From NCBI GenBank assembly GCA_963693095.2, contig OY843768.1, forward strand, positions 704,001 to 768,000: 64,000 nt of DNA. The letters are read 5' to 3'. How positions within the stretch are numbered: the stretch's first letter is position 1; every line of letters begins with the position of its first letter. A program made the translations under genes and the position numbers. Origin of the DNA: Cenarchaeum sp. Its GTDB lineage: Archaea > Thermoproteota > Nitrososphaeria > Nitrososphaerales > Nitrosopumilaceae. Below the pieces are notes generated by a model. It worked only from the letters and a program-made list of their open reading frames with translations, did no database searches and was not told the DNA's origin. Of the stretch, positions 61,901 to 64,000 are shown in pieces.

Positions 61901-62137
61901 CGCGACGTCCTCGTCAAACGTCACGTCTATGGTAATCCTGTCACCGGCGTTCGCCCAGTGCGCACGACCCCCACTGCGATCCATAAAGGTGCCTTCAACA
62001 TTGTCGGCCACGGTGACCGTGAGGACGGTGACCCCCGGAGGATCCGTGTCTGCCCCCTGGGCCGACGCGCCGCTGACAGAGGCGGCAAGAAAGAGCGACA
62101 TGATCGCAAACGCCAGTGTTGGCACTGCAGCCCGCAT
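52955..62137 (-). CDS. Giant secreted surface protein (3060 aa) with repeated Ig-like beta domains and a DCTPPTLG C-terminal module
   Basis: Signal peptide MRAAVPTLAFAIMSLFLAASVSGASA; Thr/Ala/Asp/Val-rich; recurring D..PP, VTF.E and D.AGN motifs; Gly linker then DDCTPPTLG. Confidence 0.88.
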   Translation of the reverse strand: MRAAVPTLAFAIMSLFLAASVSGASAQGADTDPPGVTVLTVTVADNVEGTFMDRSGGRAHWANAGDRITIDVTFDEDVATSPAPTIVVPGAHRTPTAVDMVNTADGNDRSWSHTFTIDAADTGGFTLTFTIVATDTATAPNTSPTSGADLINWQDITSGNTASVLVRANVLSSAEFTGPMTILMKFVDTIAADTVTTSNLGVTAPDNTLTPHDADTMPDEITVSGVNRLTARNIEATLSANAIPGVVYTIAPTFANGPGTPFDPTTCGATCELTYTAPLVLSSAEFTGSKTIRMTFDDTIDMSTVTTSNLGVTAPDNTLTPHDADTLPDVITVSSVARTTAMIVTATLSANAIHGVAYTIAPTFENSAGTPFDPATCGATCTLTHMSPFDRVEKIGEGFYKVVLRSAATGSTIRASEFTIINLPDSTREIPVTELGNPFTPPRGPTETLTERQDFDLRVASSDVLGPDETPTIRYTSPATGGLVFGGTDLGAGVWEIVALDKVGIGTISASVSRDGTTVSARFNAPVTILPDSVIKVYTERLSRGSVAGSVGGSNLMVSPTNPNEVVGTLPQRLKSAEYYPEATQFGDGATPPNRSSGSGGISLVDSPAPEISVALSTGDRTTVVRLDEAVSGTLRAADWSLQGTTSDGPVTLEIQSVRAGEHSTVDLLRSPTVELDSATAFTLRHASMLDAKLTSLPGILFREPATLPAGQTALADSGGDTMDSDPFTLDELMPVDRIDMIPPPKTVVDGTPMTLVSATLDSPTQVSATLSKSVDTNIALTGSEWTIGGGITFDTGVVIANTITLTRTQALDFTHLGAGTALLYTGSDTASNRVVDASGLVVLRTGSSVPLTDGIGPTASASFGTSSVIKVTFSEELASPETIAGLTYTASKKPSTNDFGVLGPTETVTLSGSHEYNPATRTLELMLTDPALRYDEYTVTLPSSGLADTSGNALTATSVVTRAPPFTAVTNSPTSTTVSFFGAPSDILNVGQWVVTDDDDGDSMTSEDRQVTTIVLGTKSASRLHGQALIAALGTNTATEMTITHAPLSSTGSTPAVRHNISIGFVANPLGLNVPHFTAESVDAVRPTYTAKTVSRTETDVSFSEAVVLPAVGSRAAGWTVGGFGASAAGSQLNGALTLTHPDTGSTAAMPVVAYTVPTGDSAPPGIVDLADKTLNAMPAPQATDGTPPAPVASFSADNMITVNFGESMANAETIAGLAYTVTMPDGSDDGDAPDTVPQTTGSPTYDTGTNTLTITLASNAVNGIEHTVILPSTGLADAQGNAVTERSVSAANGDAPPAVFTARTLDSDSIAVTFPSRPTGTLDADDWTVSEDGTDRMVMAVTSAIGIFEDMEVLARSYVLTHVGLASTASTPKVTYSSASGDLYYGSTPVPTGQAVAADTAPPEIRAAVISLQTSLHVTFTEPVTFVENTEGTSSPYVAAIEGTDNDWVVEQEGSISVTPVGIQVLSAVRSSPLTYTLTLGSPIVAGTEYTVIPDYDIADMAEPANAVGAEESSMITPADSFTAETQTLTTTRVTFDGSLGGTLDTRNWTVTENDAASDAGNVALTTLSVATVVTSGTVTATPETSAGAGDAVTPSIPSSPAVTELLITHGPLSSTAATPSVMYVAGTLTDGVNAVLSYSTEASDGAPPELAAGNSLHMTKKEMGTFKMDLAAPARLNDNVWVNVTVTEPLYVGNTLIPLYNDNTNNNVAALGDAMFFTDSASPVTASHMFRPHNSAPLQYNYSHTVTASSPEVDVTFSITVRDAEGNAATFTHADLTTRATNADGSSIAGAGYRVSIDRTPPTMLTDADTGTTSATTLTVKLSENLPRSATVGSADWGVAEGTTAVTVTSAALNSARDRVDIAYADADVDTSFAPTVTYMGTGLSDGAGNPLATGSSVIVPDRLVPSIDTVTFTSHTTVHVTFTEDVVLPATTAGWGITPDLGVASLTQPGSDHFVRMTLRDDATVGETYVIRVGQVTDKAMVPNSLAANMMVTQEYVEVIPPAAYTATTHRAADSTYVRIVFTSMVTGNINLDEWFVGTARDGTGGTQASAFSVVCTSGGAPTVVSTPPFDITSICSGTDTEPLTFYIGYDAQASDATPHIAYRPVSGQTMPVLLASDGTPIAGRTTAIDGLPPLFTAKTVSPRSIEVTFDEDVTAAAGGPDASRWYHYATTTTPPALPTATELAAAVTAGTNFGTAELVGRTLTLTLAESTVIASGWGTGDTTITPPALGYDVPASMMPDILDASTAPNGLAANTATNDIADDAPLSAYPLTLTVANEASGSFTDRTGPNSQHANVGDRITLDVTFSEDIVTSPAPMITVPGTHRTSAPTAMGNNGDTDDRTWSHSFVVDAADDNAPLEFAIRATGANPATDVELTQSHITSGGNAVIDTVPPELLHVLRPPGNTHQLTIYTEPVHGTAAEILSVGPDTAEFFGPRHTFEPNIPADAPVHTIRQTHQRVLNGPFTLSITGLFDRADNPLVPVSSIPAPLVETGGTITVPELFTVPATGTYTIKALGERGELGESTTIVLSELPSDTLAGTITVNVDGATVTLPQATVVEDFGDDDADESVVVVRLPPPARDTEYVAATGADEEETAANEAVTRVLASRPPATLVEFGKSGDAAPMTFDRPVAIRLLGAGAAVHAFWLSGADGLTVHSIPECESRDASEVPGEIGSGAIRLEECRVRDGGDLVIWTNHFTRFGATQAGVSGGGGDGCDDCTPPTLGVDSTGTRRVSQGFSYNGETVDAEYYYTPMPLITVETGVENVAIIKVFEDTGPLNVRHVGLAFGLGRGQHFGESSAEIRVSLPYGNGNATASVGGAVDTIDAETLRASSEIGACMAGSDAECRIVTIHHTFREPLDFDVVSTVVWDERRNSWQNFFNHGVHVTGESLNPSHGIEVNDGTLVLYPLIASNVDADGDGTYDYDTRHVTYMLDDEYRVYRITPAGTYEPLRNLASLYHEIDESMYDEERATQHGWARGTDSFAELIAYERAIAREHLHAMGVVPTAPAAAPAHVVSSEPEDQQVYLDRLRAKIAHEINLAELELLEMYPAPPPE
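60984..61626 (-). repeat. Tandem 330-bp (110-aa) intragenic duplication
   Basis: LSSAEFTG...TVTTSNLGVTAPDNTLTPHDADT...TCGATC occurs twice; DNA blocks are 330 bp apart. Confidence 0.92.
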
Positions 62138-62160
62138 ACTGCCGCCCTCTCAACATACGA

Positions 62161-62215
62161 GTATATAACACAATTGGTGGGTTTGCGCCCAAAATGCCTC
62201 CCCCCCCCCCCCCCC
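62161..62215 (-). promoter_or_regulatory. TATA box and upstream G16 homopolymer of the giant surface-protein gene
   Basis: TTATATAC at 62161-62168 (minus strand), about 25 bp before the ATG; C16 at 62200-62215 on the plus strand. Confidence 0.7.
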
Positions 62216-62384
62216 ATACGGCATGCCCCGACCTAGCCACAGAGCCTTTTGCGAACCTTGGCCTGCCAAACAATATCGTTCGGGTTTCAGCAATGCTCGG
62301 CGCATCAGACTCAGAGTCGTTACGCTCGTCGTTCTCCATGCGGCAGCATGACTTAATTTCAGTATGAAGTGCTGGGCCGTGCCC

Positions 62385-62600
62385 TGCTTTGTCCACGAAT
62401 AGACGTGGACAGCAGCTCCCGGGAACGGCATGGCATGAAATTCTAGAGGCGGCCAACAGGCCCTGTCATGTCGCCGCGCAGGGATATCCCCGGTATACTG
62501 GTGTGCGCCTTTGGCGCGCCTGCAAAAGGATCGCATGCTGGATGGGCCGTGCCGGGCTTGCGCCCCTCGGGACGTGCTCGCCGCCGCCGGAATCGCGCGT
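62385..62600 (+). mobile_element. Degenerate left end of the 37117-type element, possibly with a transposase remnant
   Basis: TGCTTTGTCCACGAAT...AACGGCATGGCATGAAATT matches 37117-37174; downstream frame reads RLWRACKRIACWMGRAGL, reminiscent of IS3/IS481 HTH_21. Right limit approximate. Confidence 0.6.
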
Positions 62601-62773
62601 CCTGCCTGGGATGGGTTTGCGTCGGCATGGTGTTCTGGATGCCAGGTTTGGCCGTGCCGCAGGACCCGGCGCTAAACGGGCCTGGCAGTGCCACCTGGGC
62701 AGAACCACCAGTCCCGAGATCAGAAGACTCTGATGTGCGATGGCGCGCCATCTCACACGCGCATGCCGCGCAG

Positions 62774-64000
62774 CTATTCTGGGGGCGGCGCCGGATACAT
62801 CTCTAGGAGCGCAAGCTCGGCGAGGTTTATCTCGTGGGCGATCTTTGCGCGGAGGCGCTCGAGGTACTCCTGCTGATCCTCGGGCTCCGAGGAGACGACA
62901 TGGGCCGGCTCGGCAGTCGGTGCGGTCGGCACAACTCCCATGGCATGCAGGTGCTCCCTGGCGATCGCGCGCTCGTATGCGATGAGCTCCGCAAAGCTGT
63001 CGGTGCCGCGCGCCCAGCCATGCTGCGTCGCGCGTTCCTCGTCGTACATTGACTCGTCGATCTCGTGATAGAGCGAGGAGAGGTTGCGCAGTGGCTCGTA
63101 CGTGCCGGCCGGGGTGATGCGATAGACGCGGTACTCGTCGTCTAGCATGTACGTCACGTGGCGCGTGTCATAGTCGTACGTTCCGTCGCCGTCGGCATCG
63201 ACATTGCTGGCGATGAGCGGGTAAAGCACGAGCGTCCCGCCGTTGACCTCGATGCCGTGGCTCGGGTTTAGCGACTCGCCGGTCACGTGGACGCCGTGGT
63301 TGAAAAAGTTCTGCCACGAGTTGCGCCTCTCGTCCCAGACGACTGTCGAGACGACGTCAAAGTCCAGGGGCTCGCGGAACGTGTGGTGTATCGTGACTAT
63401 GCGGCACTCGGCCTCCGAGCCCGCCATGCACGCGCCGATCTCCGAGCTCGCGCGCAGCGTCTCGGCGTCTATCGTGTCGACTGCGCCGCCCACTGAGGCC
63501 GTCGCGTTGCCGTTGCCGTACGGCAGGCTCACCCTTATCTCGGCGCTCGACTCGCCAAAGTGCTGCCCGCGCCCCAGGCCAAAGGCCAGGCCGACGTGCC
63601 GGACGTTGAGCGGGCCCGTGTCCTCAAAGACCTTTATGATCGCGACGTTCTCGACTCCCGTCTCGACGGTTATGAGCGGCATTGGCGTGTAATAGTACTC
63701 GGCATCCACGGCCTCTCCGTTGTACGAGAACCCCTGGCTCACGCGCCTGGTCCCCGTGGAGTCAACTCCTAGCGTCGGCGGCGTGCAGTCATCGCAGCCG
63801 TCCCCGCCGCCGCCGCCGCCGGCTCCGGCCTGCGTGGCGCCAAAGCGCGTAAAGTGGTTTGTCCATATCACGAGATCCCCGCCATCGCTCACGCGGCACT
63901 CCCTGAGCTCGATGGCGCCAGAGCCAATACCTCTCGGCACCCCAGAGTCATCAAACGATTCGCACTCGGGTATGGAGTGAACGGTTAGGCCATCTGCGCC
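62774..64000 (-). CDS. Second surface-protein paralog, C-terminal part only (5' end beyond window)
   Basis: Frame open to base 64000; nearly identical to the last ~408 aa of the 3060-aa protein. Confidence 0.9.
   Translation of the reverse strand, partial: GADGLTVHSIPECESFDDSGVPRGIGSGAIELRECRVSDGGDLVIWTNHFTRFGATQAGAGGGGGGDGCDDCTPPTLGVDSTGTRRVSQGFSYNGEAVDAEYYYTPMPLITVETGVENVAIIKVFEDTGPLNVRHVGLAFGLGRGQHFGESSAEIRVSLPYGNGNATASVGGAVDTIDAETLRASSEIGACMAGSEAECRIVTIHHTFREPLDFDVVSTVVWDERRNSWQNFFNHGVHVTGESLNPSHGIEVNGGTLVLYPLIASNVDADGDGTYDYDTRHVTYMLDDEYRVYRITPAGTYEPLRNLSSLYHEIDESMYDEERATQHGWARGTDSFAELIAYERAIAREHLHAMGVVPTAPTAEPAHVVSSEPEDQQEYLERLRAKIAHEINLAELALLEMYPAPPPE

Noticed and set aside
53424-62168. 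Many plus-strand ORFs opposite the giant gene
   Set aside because: Antisense shadows of a GC-rich, Thr/Val/Ala-rich coding strand.
63803-63822. (GCC)n run as a phase-variable repeat
   Set aside because: Encodes an in-frame Gly linker; triplet slippage would not shift the frame.

Overview
This window looks like a high-GC thaumarchaeal (Nitrososphaerota, Nitrosopumilaceae/Cenarchaeum-like) chromosome segment; a host-associated (for example sponge-symbiont) lifestyle is an inference only. The core genes are HMG-CoA synthase, bioD, thiolase, an LLM oxidoreductase, purK/purE, ilvA, an adenylate cyclase, tatA/tatC, a MoxR-DUF58-vWA operon, ubiX, purP, CBS-TrkH, mqnD, EF-2 and a Rad3/DinG helicase. 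Accessory blocks: (1) a Type ISP restriction-modification gene with an AT-rich specificity segment and an upstream (CAGAGCGC)7 repeat; (2) a 26-30.7 kb island between paralogous small membrane genes, holding a YwgA/SocA-like gene, IS630 and a TPR gene; (3) a 4207-bp cargo transposon (37117-41323) with GGC-type terminal inverted repeats and a perfect 9-bp target duplication, inserted in the last codons of mqnD and carrying ART-like, wHTH-like and HEPN-like genes plus a dead rve-type transposase; (4) a tandem paralog pair with a divergent core; (5) a PD-(D/E)xK nuclease plus duplicated partner gene, punctuated by a 179-bp repeat, one copy of which is split by a second IS630; (6) tandem giant surface-protein genes sharing a near-identical C-terminus, with a C16 tract upstream of the promoter. 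Ends of one element family recur six times (five remnants), all in the same orientation, at cassette boundaries. No rRNA, tRNA or CRISPR array was recognised. All calls come from motif reading by eye; no database searches were run.
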